Notes: generated from the sequence alone by a model not told the origin. Positions 1-10,133 are shown, counted from the stretch's first letter. The stretch is DNA of 63,654 bases from Desulfobacterales bacterium (GCA_030610995.1 JAUWQO010000004.1:1-63654), one strand, 5' to 3'. Numbers and translations are program-made.

Positions 1-32
1 AAATATCACCTTGAATCAAATGGGTTTAATTT

Positions 33-129
33 TTTAGCGGTTAAACGCTTAAGAGCAATTGGTTATACGCCACAATTACTCGTTAAAAGCTTAACAGTAA
101 CTTATAAACTAATGTGCGTCCCGAAAGTC
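33..129. repeat. Dispersed ~97-bp repeat (copy 1); second copy at 54819..54910
   Basis: tttagcggttaaacgcttaagagcaatt(g/c)gttatacgccacaattactc... recurs 54.7 kb away with few mismatches and one small indel; reads as HTH-like peptide fragment (..AVKRLRAI.YTPQLL..) without a start codon. Confidence 0.7.
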
Positions 130-201
130 CGCCTTAACACAGCCGTCGCTGGCAAACGGTTTTTCAGAAGGTTCCGTGGGTTTTGGGGGAATAGTACAGA
201 A

Positions 202-1755
202 TTAAAGATATTTTTTAAGGGCTTCATGACCTTTCCCCATAAAATAATTGATCCATGAGGACTTATGGTTTAAAGACCAATCCCTCGGCGGAACAATATT
301 GTGCTTAAGGCTCTCTTCTTCACCAAAAGACTTCAGCCGTTCGTAAGCTCGAACATAGACACAGCGCTTAACTCCGGGATAAACTTCGCACCAACCATCA
401 AGGCTTCCTCCGCAGGGACCGTTAAGCAAATACTTGGCGCACTGCGACTGGGGACATAGGAAAGCGGTTTCAGGAAGTATGCAGTCTCCACACATCTTGC
501 ACTCAAAGCAGATAAACTTAATAAGATACTCAATTTTAGCAAATAATTTCTCGAGGGAAGTCCCTGGTAGTATACGACAAAGCGTTTTTAAAGGAAAATA
601 TAAGCAACCTTTTTTGTCAAACGCCTTCTTGTGAACGCATCTGTTAAAACGATAGAACACTGATTTTCGAGGAACGCTCTTTTTACGATTGACTGCCACA
701 TCAGTGTTCAACCCTGATTCTCGATCAAACTCAAAGAAATAAAAACCGTCTTTTTGAGGAAAAGAGAATTCCTTGATCCAACGTTGCCAGTCGGAATAGA
801 AATTATTGCTCTTTTCCAGAACAAATTCTATGTCTTCATAATTAAGCTGAGATCCTCCAATATGAACTCCATTGTATCCGAGGCCTTTTAGGATTGCCAT
901 CAGCTTGGCTCCACGAATTAATCGGTTTTTTTTACCTGCATCTGGAAGAAAAGATTCTTCTTCATACAAAGACATAAGTTTATCGGTAACTACACAGCCA
1001 GGTACCGCCCCCTGATGCATAAGAGAAGCTACAACTTTGCCAGGTATATAAACATTCCCAAGTATTGGCACATTCAGGGCGTTTTGCCGCATATACCGTA
1101 TAATTTCATCAAACTTCCGAGCGTCAAACCCCACCTGAGTGACGACAAAATCAGCGCCGGCGGCAATCTTTTTGTGGAGCTTGAATAACTGGGTCATCAA
1201 CTCAGATTCTAATTTTTTAAAAGGAGAAATTACACATCCTTTGAAAAAAGGAATTGGATGTAGTATTGCCCCGCCGCCAGGCGCATGCTTTGTCACCTCA
1301 AATCCCTTGGTCATCTCGTCGGCCATTCTTATAAGCTGAACTGTATCAAGATCGAATACAGGTTTGGCATATCCTCTGAAACCGTATCTGGGATAGTCTC
1401 CTCCCATAATGAGAAGATTGTACATCGCTTCCCTGCCATGAGCAAATAAACGACTTTCCAACTGGTTGCGATTTCTATCCTTACAGGTCAGGTGCACCAG
1501 AGGATCAATGCCGAGTTTTAAAATGTCTTTTCCCAATACTTCAGGGCTAAGAGCCGGATGGCCGCCCGCATTCTCGGTAATGCTCAAGGCCTGAATATTC
1601 CCTTCAAGTGCGGCTTTCTCAGCAAATTTGAGAAGCCTGTCCTGGACATTGCTTCTAGACCCTCTTCCCGGGACAAGCTCACATGTTACGGTAAACGAAT
1701 CTTTGTTGAGAAGGGATTCTTTAAATATATTTCTTCGGATATTATGGGGATTCAT
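202..1755 (-). CDS. Methylenetetrahydrofolate reductase-like protein fused to a Cys-rich C-terminal (MTHFR_C / MetV-like) domain
   Basis: 517-aa ORF; N-terminal two thirds resemble MetF/MTHFR barrel (TCELVPGRG, LSITENAGG, HLTCKDRN, VVTQVGFD); C-terminal third carries clustered cysteines (CFECKMCGDC, CPQSQC, GPCGG, WCE) typical of the zinc-ribbon-like MTHFR C-terminal domain. Confidence 0.7.
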   Translation of the reverse strand: MNPHNIRRNIFKESLLNKDSFTVTCELVPGRGSRSNVQDRLLKFAEKAALEGNIQALSITENAGGHPALSPEVLGKDILKLGIDPLVHLTCKDRNRNQLESRLFAHGREAMYNLLIMGGDYPRYGFRGYAKPVFDLDTVQLIRMADEMTKGFEVTKHAPGGGAILHPIPFFKGCVISPFKKLESELMTQLFKLHKKIAAGADFVVTQVGFDARKFDEIIRYMRQNALNVPILGNVYIPGKVVASLMHQGAVPGCVVTDKLMSLYEEESFLPDAGKKNRLIRGAKLMAILKGLGYNGVHIGGSQLNYEDIEFVLEKSNNFYSDWQRWIKEFSFPQKDGFYFFEFDRESGLNTDVAVNRKKSVPRKSVFYRFNRCVHKKAFDKKGCLYFPLKTLCRILPGTSLEKLFAKIEYLIKFICFECKMCGDCILPETAFLCPQSQCAKYLLNGPCGGSLDGWCEVYPGVKRCVYVRAYERLKSFGEEESLKHNIVPPRDWSLNHKSSWINYFMGKGHEALKKYL

Positions 1756-1815
1756 AAAATTATATTAATACCACAGGTTTTTTTTACTGTTCAGTTCATG
1801 CCAAAACCTCTTATA

Positions 1816-1970
1816 CATCTAAACCCAATGCCATTAACCTAAGGAGTAGATGTCGCTGTGGGAGTGGCTTTTAGCCACGATTGTAGCTTTGGAGCGCACA
1901 TTTTTTCGTGGCTGAAAGCCACTCCCACAAACAAAATTAGCTTAAGTTAATGGCATTGCATCTAAACCCA
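1816..1970. repeat. Palindromic intergenic element (gtgggagtggct..agccactcccac core)
   Basis: Outer arms aatgccattaac / gttaatggcatt and inner arms ctgtgggagtggcttttagccacga / tcgtggctgaaagccactcccacaaa are reverse complements. Confidence 0.7.
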
Positions 1971-2138
1971 TAAAAATCAATATCCTCTATTTCCCAAAAT
2001 CCACTGTTTCTCAAGGCTTCGCCGATTTTGATGGTGGATTTAGGAATATATGTCATCCCCGAAAACCGTTAGATCGGGCGCGACGATATCAGCTCGTGAA
2101 ATATCCGGGTTAAGAACTTAGCGGATTCTATACGCTTA

Positions 2139-3851
2139 CTAATCCGCAAAAAGCGGCTCTATACAAAACTGGTTTACATCGACAAGCCCCTTGTCTGTGA
2201 TCTTTAACTCAGGAATGACCGGAAGAGCCAAAAAGGATAATGTCATAAAGGGGTCATTTAAGGTTGTCCCAAAATCTCGCGCAACTTCAAGCAGTTTTTC
2301 CACTTTTTCTCTTACCGCATAAACAGGCTCCTGAGACATCAGGCCGGCAATAGGAAGCGGAAGGGTGGCGCATATTTTACTCTCGCACGAAGCTGCCAGG
2401 CCTCCGCCCATTTTAACCACAGATTCTACTGCTGTTTTCATATCTTCGTCGTTTGTTCCGACAACTATTATGTTGTGAGAGTCGTGGGCAACACTCGACG
2501 ACAGGGCTCCTTTCTTTAATCCAAAACCCCTGACAAAGCCTTTTCCGATATTGCCCGACCCTGTGTGCCTTTCTACAACAGCGATTTTTAAAATGTCCCG
2601 GGTGATGTCGGAAACAACCTTATTGTCGGACACCGCAGCTTCCACAATGCTCTGATTCGTTATTACCTGGTCAGGAATAATATCGATAACCCTTAAACGC
2701 TTTGCCTGGGCTGGGATGGAAAAATCAATTTCTTTGTTGCCAATATTCATGGATGGCTGAAAGGCCGCGGGAACCGGCTTTTTTATTTCCGGTGACATTT
2801 TCCCTTCCTGTGCGACCAGGACCCCGCCATAATAAACCTGTTCGATGCAGGGATTGTGAAGATCGGAAAAGACCGCTAAATCGGCGCGTCTTCCCGGACT
2901 AATTGCTCCAACATCGCTTATACCAAAATAATTAGCGGGATTTATTGTTGCTATCTGAATGGCAATAACAGGATCTATGCCTGCATGTATGGCTTTTCGA
3001 ACCATTGAATCAATATGACCTTCTTCAAGAATATCATGTGGATTCCTGTCATCTGTACACCACATAATACGGCTCGAGGATCTTTCGTTTACAATGGAAA
3101 TAAGGGATAATAAATTTTTGGCTGCAGTTCCCTCACGGATCATTATATGCATTCCGGCATTAAGTTTTTCTTTGGCTTCCCGGGCTGTTGTGCATTCATG
3201 GTCGCTTGAAATTCCTGCCGCAATATAGGCGTAAAGATCTTTTCCCGTCAGGCCCGGCGCATGGCCGTTAACAGGTTTTCCGTGCGTTTTTGCCATTTCG
3301 ATTTTTCTTAATACTTCAGGGTCTCTATGTATTACGCCCGGATAGTTCATCATTTCGGCCAGGGCAACTATCCTGTCATTGTCCATAAAAGGGGAGAGAT
3401 CGTCCGCGCCGAGTCTGGCTCCGGAGGTCTCCATATCGGTTGCCGGAACACATGAGGAAAGAGTAAAATATATATTCATGGGCTGCTGCCTGCTCGATTG
3501 CAGCATATAGTTTATCCCGTCTGCGCCAAGCACATTTGCTATTTCATGCGGGTCCGCAAAAACGGTTGTGGTGCCCAATGGTATTATGGCCCGGGCAAAC
3601 TCGGTGATACATGTCATGGAGCTTTCTATATGGACATGGGCATCAATAAAGCCCGGGCTGACAAACCGGTTTTCAATGTCCATAACTTTTTTTGCGGGAT
3701 ATGAACCAAACCCAACAATATAACCGCCTGCTATCGCTATGTTGCCGGAAACAATTTCACCGGAAAAAACATCAATAATCCTGGCGTTGGTTAAAAGAAT
3801 ATCCGCCTCTTTCTCTCCCATCGCCGATTTTATAATTTCATCAAGAGTCAT
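2139..3851 (-). CDS. ade: Adenine deaminase
   Basis: 570-aa ORF with amidohydrolase metal motif GFIDAHVHIESSM and overall adenine deaminase layout; 11-nt overlap with upstream gene. Confidence 0.85.
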   Translation of the reverse strand: MTLDEIIKSAMGEKEADILLTNARIIDVFSGEIVSGNIAIAGGYIVGFGSYPAKKVMDIENRFVSPGFIDAHVHIESSMTCITEFARAIIPLGTTTVFADPHEIANVLGADGINYMLQSSRQQPMNIYFTLSSCVPATDMETSGARLGADDLSPFMDNDRIVALAEMMNYPGVIHRDPEVLRKIEMAKTHGKPVNGHAPGLTGKDLYAYIAAGISSDHECTTAREAKEKLNAGMHIMIREGTAAKNLLSLISIVNERSSSRIMWCTDDRNPHDILEEGHIDSMVRKAIHAGIDPVIAIQIATINPANYFGISDVGAISPGRRADLAVFSDLHNPCIEQVYYGGVLVAQEGKMSPEIKKPVPAAFQPSMNIGNKEIDFSIPAQAKRLRVIDIIPDQVITNQSIVEAAVSDNKVVSDITRDILKIAVVERHTGSGNIGKGFVRGFGLKKGALSSSVAHDSHNIIVVGTNDEDMKTAVESVVKMGGGLAASCESKICATLPLPIAGLMSQEPVYAVREKVEKLLEVARDFGTTLNDPFMTLSFLALPVIPELKITDKGLVDVNQFCIEPLFAD

Positions 3852-6800
3852 TTTGTTTTGCTCCCTGCTTTTTGCTTACAGGGGTATTGGTTATTTCATC
3901 AATACTGTTTAGGAACATTGGATAGCCCATTTGCGTTGAAATCTGCGATATTATATCTTTTCCTTGTTTATTTTTGCTCCGCATAGTATTTGGAATAAAT
4001 AAAGAGCTTACCATTCCTTCGATATTGGTAATGGTTCCCTCTGATTCATTAAGTGGAAGTGGGGGAAGGATTACTTCTGCGGCTGACAATAACCGTGAAC
4101 GATAAGGTGATTGAGCCACTAAGAATTCAGCCTGAGAAAGAGCGCTTTTTACTGTGTCATCATATTCAATAGCTTCAGGAATGTCCCCCATCAAATAAAT
4201 TACACGAATATCCTTTGTAAGAGTTTTTTTCAGTATTTTGCCTATTGATAATCCTGGCTGTCCAGGCAGATTTGTTTTCCAGGCATTTTCAAATTTTTTG
4301 CGTTCTTCAATATCACTTATCCACTTTTGTCCGGGGAAGAGGTTTGGGGAAACGCCCATATTAAGCAATCCATAACCATTGGATTTAAAAAGAAGTGGAA
4401 AAAGATGCAAAAATCCCTGCCTGGACATTGAACCAATTTGCTCAAGCTGCTTTGCATCCCACTTAAAAATTTCCTTTGAATAAAGAAAAACAGCCGGCAG
4501 TTCATCTGAAATATCAGGTAATGTGTCATCCACAAAGACAACTGCCGCTTTGTTCTTTCTTTGAGCGCGTCTGACAAGCGCATCGATTATTGGATATCGA
4601 ACAGATGGATTGTCAGAGGTGATAAAAATCTGTTTCGCGGTTTCAATAGTTCTATATTCAGCAGTAGTCGAAAACAGCGAAATAAATTCAGGGAGAATAT
4701 CTATTTCAGACAGGCTATCGAAAAAGTCGATATTCGGAGTTTTAATTACAGCTCTTAAAAATTTCTGAAATAGATATGCTTCTTCATTTGTGCATGCTGA
4801 TGTGGCAATCCCTGCAAAAGATTCAGGGACATATGCCTTTTGAAGAGTTTTTAGCCGCTGGGCAACATAGGAAATCGCCTCATCCCATTCTACAGGGACA
4901 AATTGCCCCTTTTGCTTGATCCCATTTTGCTTGATCAGGGGCTTATCCAGCCTTTTTCTTCCATCTGCATCTTTATATCTGAACTTTCCATCGATACATA
5001 AATGGCCGTAATTAGGTTTCTTATGCAGATTCGATGTTATCTTGACAAGGTCTTTTCCTATGTAGTTTAATGTTATTGCGCAGCCACAACCGCACAACGA
5101 GCATGTGGTTGGCATGGTCTCAAGATGGAAGGGGCCTGGTCGTTTTTTCGTTTTTTCAACAAGGGCACCTGTGGGACAGTTGCTAACACATAAACCGCAT
5201 GAAACACAATTATCGTTAATTACAGGTCCGTAAAAGGAGACCTTGCCTTTTTCATCAAATTCCAGAGCTTCTAATGTGATCCCATCAGAACACTGGTATT
5301 CCGAGCAATTGCGCACACATCGCCTGCAGTTGATGCACTTGTTTGGATCAACTATGATGTAAGGGTGGGTTTCGTCTATTTCAAACTTTTTCTCCTGCCA
5401 GATTTCAATGTTTGATATATTTACTCCGTATTCTGTTGCATATTTTCTTAATTTGCATTCAAATGCATTAATACACCCACAGGAAAGACACCTTTTTGCT
5501 TCTTGAACAGCAGTTTCTTCTGAAAAGCCCAGCTCTACTTCTTCAAAATTATTGCGCCGGACGCCTGCAGGAAGTACCGGCATTTTTGCCTTCGGTTTTT
5601 TATCAATTCCTGCAAAATTTTGCATGTCAACTTTATCAAGAGGCCCTTTGCTTATGTTAAATGGCATTTCAAGGGGTTTTACAGGTTTTTTGCGAAGAAA
5701 AAGATCAATGGAGTTAGCAGCGCGTCTGCCTGCTCCAAAAGCAGAAATCACTGTTTTGGGACCCGTAAAAATGTCTCCTCCGGTAAAGATCTCTACTGCG
5801 TTAGTTTGTAACGTGCCTGAATGAGCTACAATTGTACACCAGCGTGTAGTCTCAATTTCCTGACCAAGCTCATCATGCTGTAACCCGGAAAGATCCGGTA
5901 TCTGGCCAATTGCTGCTATTACTGTGTCCACGTCAGTAACTTGCTCAGAGCCTGATACAGGCACAGGACACCTTCTTCCACTGGAATCCTTTTCTCTCAG
6001 TTCCATACCGATATATTCCATCTGCCGCAACTTGCCATTTTCTCCTATTAATCTGGATGGAGCAACAAGGATATTGATTCCAATTCCTTCTTCTTCCGCT
6101 ACATCAACTTCTGCAGCAAGGGCCGGCATTTCAACGCGGGACCGTCGGTAGTATATGTCGACCCTTTTGGCCCCAAGTCTAAGGGCGCTGCGAGCAGCAT
6201 CTATGGCTGTATTCCCGCCGCCGATAACTATTACCTTATTTCCAATCTCTACGTCTTTTCCAAGTGAGACGTCTGTTAGAAAAGTTGTGCCTTCTATAAC
6301 GCCACTTAATTCTTCTCCCGGGATACGCAAGTTGCGTGCACCCCAGCACCCTATACCTAAAAAAACTGCGCTATACCCATCTGCCAGAAGGCTTTCACAG
6401 GTAAAGTCTTTTCCAAATAAAATGTTTGTTTTTGCTTCAATTCCAACCTGAAGTATAGATTCTATCTCAAGATCGAGTATATGCCTGGGAAGACGATAAC
6501 TGGGGATTCCATACCTCAATTGTCCACCTAATTCCGGCATAGCCTCCAATATGGTTACCTCGTGTCCTTTTTGCCTGAGATAATATGCAGCGGAAAGTCC
6601 TGCCGATCCTCCACCAACCACGGCAACCCTGTAACCAGAAGGTTCGGGGAGACATATAATTAATTTTTTATAATTATCTCTCTCGTAACCGCCGAGAAAA
6701 CGCTTTGCAAAATTAATACAAACAGACTCGTCAACTCTTTGGCGACGGCATTCAGCTTCACAGGGGCGTGGGCATATCCTTCCGATTACCAGAGGCATTG

Positions 6801-7215
6801 GGCAGCACTCCTTTACCAGTCTTAATGCTTCCAAATATTGGCCATTGGCAAGTAGTGCGAGATATCCCTGAATATCCACGTTTGCCGGGCAGGCGAGGTG
6901 GCATGGGGCTACGCAGTCTCCATAGTGTTTGGACAGTATTAATTCTATTTTATTGCGACGTGCCTGGCGGACCCTCTCTGAATCGGTATCTACAACCATT
7001 CCTTCTTTGACCTTTGTGATACAAGATGTTACCAGACGATCCTGACCTTCAATTTCTACTATGCATAAACGGCATCGTCCTATAGGCTTGAGGTATTCTT
7101 GACAGCAAAGGGTAGGAATGCTGATCCCTAATTCTTCTGCTGCTTTAAAGATCGTGATTTCAGGGTTTGCTGTGGTTTCTCTTCCGTTGATCGTGAGCTG
7201 AATTTTTCTTGACAA
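3841..7215 (-). CDS. Multidomain FeS flavoprotein: 2Fe-2S ferredoxin + GltD-like NAD(P)H/FAD module + 4Fe-4S clusters + truncated molybdopterin-oxidoreductase-like domain (SfrAB-like fusion)
   Basis: 1124 aa; N-term CCQEY..CRLCIVE (2Fe-2S), GRICPRPCEAECRR and VAVVGGGSAGLSAAYYL..LGGQLRYGIPSYRLP (glutamate synthase small-subunit family), CINCRRCVRNC and CVSCGLCVSNCP (4Fe-4S), TCSLCGCGCAI (Mo-bisMGD-type 4Fe-4S). Confidence 0.7.
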   Translation of the reverse strand: MSRKIQLTINGRETTANPEITIFKAAEELGISIPTLCCQEYLKPIGRCRLCIVEIEGQDRLVTSCITKVKEGMVVDTDSERVRQARRNKIELILSKHYGDCVAPCHLACPANVDIQGYLALLANGQYLEALRLVKECCPMPLVIGRICPRPCEAECRRQRVDESVCINFAKRFLGGYERDNYKKLIICLPEPSGYRVAVVGGGSAGLSAAYYLRQKGHEVTILEAMPELGGQLRYGIPSYRLPRHILDLEIESILQVGIEAKTNILFGKDFTCESLLADGYSAVFLGIGCWGARNLRIPGEELSGVIEGTTFLTDVSLGKDVEIGNKVIVIGGGNTAIDAARSALRLGAKRVDIYYRRSRVEMPALAAEVDVAEEEGIGINILVAPSRLIGENGKLRQMEYIGMELREKDSSGRRCPVPVSGSEQVTDVDTVIAAIGQIPDLSGLQHDELGQEIETTRWCTIVAHSGTLQTNAVEIFTGGDIFTGPKTVISAFGAGRRAANSIDLFLRKKPVKPLEMPFNISKGPLDKVDMQNFAGIDKKPKAKMPVLPAGVRRNNFEEVELGFSEETAVQEAKRCLSCGCINAFECKLRKYATEYGVNISNIEIWQEKKFEIDETHPYIIVDPNKCINCRRCVRNCSEYQCSDGITLEALEFDEKGKVSFYGPVINDNCVSCGLCVSNCPTGALVEKTKKRPGPFHLETMPTTCSLCGCGCAITLNYIGKDLVKITSNLHKKPNYGHLCIDGKFRYKDADGRKRLDKPLIKQNGIKQKGQFVPVEWDEAISYVAQRLKTLQKAYVPESFAGIATSACTNEEAYLFQKFLRAVIKTPNIDFFDSLSEIDILPEFISLFSTTAEYRTIETAKQIFITSDNPSVRYPIIDALVRRAQRKNKAAVVFVDDTLPDISDELPAVFLYSKEIFKWDAKQLEQIGSMSRQGFLHLFPLLFKSNGYGLLNMGVSPNLFPGQKWISDIEERKKFENAWKTNLPGQPGLSIGKILKKTLTKDIRVIYLMGDIPEAIEYDDTVKSALSQAEFLVAQSPYRSRLLSAAEVILPPLPLNESEGTITNIEGMVSSLFIPNTMRSKNKQGKDIISQISTQMGYPMFLNSIDEITNTPVSKKQGAKQNDS

Positions 7216-7457
7216 GCCTTATCTCCTATTAAAGAAAAGATAACTCCAACTGTAACAATGTGTGCCTATTCATATTTCCCGCATACCCTTCCATCCGGGC
7301 TTGTCAGGTAGGCGCTAATGCCGGGAAGATTGTCGCCTTAGCCAGAGCAATTAGAAAAGACACTCCATATATTTCAAATATATCCGCTATCTGTATAAGA
7401 TGCAACTTGTTAAATTGGGAGTATCCAATCAGTCCCCATGGAAACCCATGAAATTAT

Positions 7458-8192
7458 CTAACACGGAGATGATAAAAACGGGGAAATGCCCATATATAAT
7501 CCGAACAGGATCATAAAAATTCCGCAGCATACAAGAATTCCATAATATATCTTTTTGTTTAAATATCGCAGGCCGAAAAATGACAAGATCGAAACAAACA
7601 AGTACCAGGCCAGATCTCCGGCTTCATGCCCGATAAAAAATGCCAGCAGCTTTGGCCACTGCCTGAAAGAAATATCAAACTGAATCATAAAGGCAAATCC
7701 TATGGTGGCCCACCAGACCCACCAGTAGGGATTGGACATGGAAACTATTATCCCGCCGATTATGGGATTATCCAGGCCTTTGTTCGTTTTTGGAGGGGAA
7801 TGAGCTCCCTTTTGCGGTTCATGATCCGGTCTGTTAAATGAGTTTAAAAAATATGTCGGTATATTGCCTTTATGTACATTGCGGATTATGGATAAGCCGA
7901 AATAGATAAGCAAAGCTCCGCCTGCAACCCCTATGGTTCTCACAACGACAATATTTTGCAGGACAAAGGAAAAGCCGAAAAGCAAAAATATAATAATTAC
8001 CATTTCAAGTATGGCATGACCCGTTATAATCCATAAACCCATCAGGTAGCCGCGCCTGCCGGATTGTACCGACTTAATAATCGTATATGTAAGCAGGGGG
8101 CCCGGGGCCATAGCGCCGGTCAATGCCACAAGAAAGGAAAAGGAAAAAACCACCCATAATGAAGAAATAATGTTTGTAACTTCATTTAACAT
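7458..8192 (-). CDS. LysE/RhtB-family membrane transporter-like protein
   Basis: 244 aa, multiple hydrophobic spans, N-terminal ALTGAMAPGPLLTYTI pattern typical of LysE-type translocators; central hydrophilic loop insertion. Confidence 0.55.
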   Translation of the reverse strand: MLNEVTNIISSLWVVFSFSFLVALTGAMAPGPLLTYTIIKSVQSGRRGYLMGLWIITGHAILEMVIIIFLLFGFSFVLQNIVVVRTIGVAGGALLIYFGLSIIRNVHKGNIPTYFLNSFNRPDHEPQKGAHSPPKTNKGLDNPIIGGIIVSMSNPYWWVWWATIGFAFMIQFDISFRQWPKLLAFFIGHEAGDLAWYLFVSILSFFGLRYLNKKIYYGILVCCGIFMILFGLYMGISPFLSSPC

Positions 8193-8221
8193 ATTATATT
8201 ATTTATATAAAGCGGTCACTT

Positions 8222-8400
8222 TTGATGAATTCGTAAAAAGTCGTCACTCCGGTGAAAACCGTGCCTGTGGCAGATAAGCCGGAGTCCAGATAATCTACAA
8301 CTGCCTGTAATTACTGGATAGCGCTAATGCTTCACTACGTGTCCGGCTTTCGCCGGAATGACAAAAGTGTGTGTTCTCGACTTTTTACGAGTTCGTCATT
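8222..8400. repeat. TIR-bounded miniature element, family tcgtaaaaagtc (copies also 33862..34021, 54584..54748, partial ~38150..38220)
   Basis: Terminal inverted repeats gatgaattcgtaaaaagtcg / cgactttttacgagttcgtcat; internal ttactggatagcgctaa(t/c)gcttcactacgtg shared with copy at 33.9 kb. Confidence 0.75.
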
Positions 8401-8451
8401 ATTGTTTTTACAATATCGACAGTTTTTGTAATATGGTAATGTAATTTACTC

Positions 8452-8586
8452 TGAGATCTTTGCATAACCCCAGTATTGTCATTGCGAGCGAAGTGAAGCA
8501 ATCTCATAACACATTGATAAGCCACGAGATTGCCGCGTCGCTTTGCTCCTCGCAATGACTAAAACAGCGGTTATGCAAAGGTCTCT
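8452..8586. repeat. TIR-bounded miniature element, family tttgcataacc..cattgcgag (second copy 58683..58826)
   Basis: Ends agatctttgcataacc / ggttatgcaaaggtctct; internal gtcattgcgagcgaagtgaagcaatc and attgccgcgtcgctttgctcctcgcaatgac arms are mutually complementary. Confidence 0.75.
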
Positions 8587-8632
8587 TGTTGAGAAGTTAT
8601 TCATATAGTTTACACATACAGGAAATTATACA

Positions 8633-9256
8633 ATGGAAAAAACAGAAAATATTTCTATTAAAATGTCGGAGGATCTTAAACAATGCATCGCATTTCACGG
8701 TCACCTGTGTCCCGGCCTTGTTTACGGTTATCTGATCGCCAAACAGGCTATAAACATTCTTGAACTCAAGCGGTCAAGAGATGAAGAGGTGGTAGCTGTC
8801 TGCGAAAATGATTCGTGTGCTGTTGATGCGCTCCAGGTGCTTCTCGGCACAACAGCAGGCAAAGGCAACCTTATTATAAAGGATTTCGGCAAAAACGCAT
8901 ATACAATTCTGAGCAGGGCAAGCAAGATAGCTTATCGTTTTTCCCGAAAACAACATTACATATACAAGGGTAAAGATAAAGAGGAGTTTACCAGGCTGGA
9001 TGCCGCCATTTCCGCGGGCTCTGAAACAACCAAAGAAAAATGGCGTCATAAACATTTAAAGTCGGAAGATCTCCTTTCAAAATCATTTGACGAAGTCTTC
9101 TCAACAAGCGAAGTGGATTTTTCAATGCCGCCCTACGCTCCCCTGGCGCGTTCCGAAGCCTGCGGCAAATGCGGAGAAATGACCATGTCAACAAAAATGG
9201 TTTCCACAGATGACGGGAAACACATATGCATCCCGTGTTCACAAAAAGATCAATAA
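8633..9256 (+). CDS. FmdE/FwdE-family protein with C-terminal zinc ribbon
   Basis: FHGHLCPGLVYGY motif of FmdE domain; C-terminal CGKCGE..CIPC. Confidence 0.7.
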   Translation: MEKTENISIKMSEDLKQCIAFHGHLCPGLVYGYLIAKQAINILELKRSRDEEVVAVCENDSCAVDALQVLLGTTAGKGNLIIKDFGKNAYTILSRASKIAYRFSRKQHYIYKGKDKEEFTRLDAAISAGSETTKEKWRHKHLKSEDLLSKSFDEVFSTSEVDFSMPPYAPLARSEACGKCGEMTMSTKMVSTDDGKHICIPCSQKDQ

Positions 9257-9269
9257 TCCTGTCAAAATA

Positions 9270-9590
9270 GTAACTATTCAGCCACAGATTTACACAGATA
9301 AACGCAGATAGGTTTAAATATAAAGAAAAAATGTAGCCGTTCACGGCTTGAAACTTGAAATTGGAAACTTGAAATTGGGGAAAGATGAAACGAGTTTACG
9401 AGCTAGATGTTTACAAACTGGCAGAAGCGTTAGAAGAAAGGTAATAAAAAACTTGGCCCCAAATTGAATGCGTTTATCAACAACACAAAAGCATGAAGGC
9501 CAAATTTCTATTTTCTAATTTCAGCGTTCTGTGAACGATTACGAAAAAATATCAGTGATGATCAGCGTAAATCGGCGGCTGAATAGTTAC
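9270..9590. repeat. Nested repeat: outer cagccacagattt-type element (TIR gtaactattcagcc / ggctgaatagttac) containing an inner four-helix-bundle-gene remnant element (9333..9543)
   Basis: Outer TIRs at 9270-9283 and 9577-9590; inner element bounded by gtagccgttcacgg and gtgaacg, carrying ATGAAACGAGTTTACGAGCTAGATGTTTACAAACTGGCAGAAGCG (MKRVYELDVYKLAEA, typical N-terminus of four-helix-bundle / former 23S rRNA-IVS proteins). Confidence 0.7.
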
Positions 9591-10133
9591 TCAAAATATA
9601 TTATAATGCGTAAATTCGTTCATCTCTCTGCGTTTCGGCGCTGCAGGCGTTTTGGCAGGATATCCCATCGGTATAAGCACAACCAGTTCATAGCCTGTTG
9701 GCACATTTAATATCTCTTTGGCCCTGTCATGATCAAACAGGCCAACTATCACTGTGCCAAGGCCAAAGTCGCAGGCTGTGAGACAGATTGTCTGTGTGGC
9801 AAGCCCAAGGTCAAACATATACCAGTCTCCAAATTTTGTCGAAACTTTGTCTTTATAATATCCTGATTTCTCAAGCTTTCCGCAAACCGCAAGAATCACC
9901 GGAGCCTCCACAATAGATTTTGCGGCGGGATTCCCCTTGGAAATCGTCGCCTGAAGCTTTTTCTTTAATGATTGATCAGTTACCATGATTATTTCCCAGC
10001 ACTGGGTGTTGATCCAGGAAGGGGTCCATCTCACAGCTTCAAGCACCTTATCGACTATCTCCCCGGGAATATCCTTTGCCTGGTACTTGCGGATGCTTCT
10101 TCTTTCCTTAATGACCCCCATTAGATCTGCCAT
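9591..10133 (-). CDS. Nitroreductase family protein
   Basis: 180 aa; RRSIRKYQAKDIP start motif and size typical of NfnB/NfsA-like nitroreductase fold. Confidence 0.8.
   Translation of the reverse strand: MADLMGVIKERRSIRKYQAKDIPGEIVDKVLEAVRWTPSWINTQCWEIIMVTDQSLKKKLQATISKGNPAAKSIVEAPVILAVCGKLEKSGYYKDKVSTKFGDWYMFDLGLATQTICLTACDFGLGTVIVGLFDHDRAKEILNVPTGYELVVLIPMGYPAKTPAAPKRREMNEFTHYNIF

Noticed and set aside
1940-2056. 39-aa minus-strand ORF (MTYIPKSTIKIGEALRNSGFWEIEDIDFYGF...) with a faint HicA-like look
   Set aside because: It is too short, it runs into the palindromic repeat at 1816-1970, and it has no partner gene.
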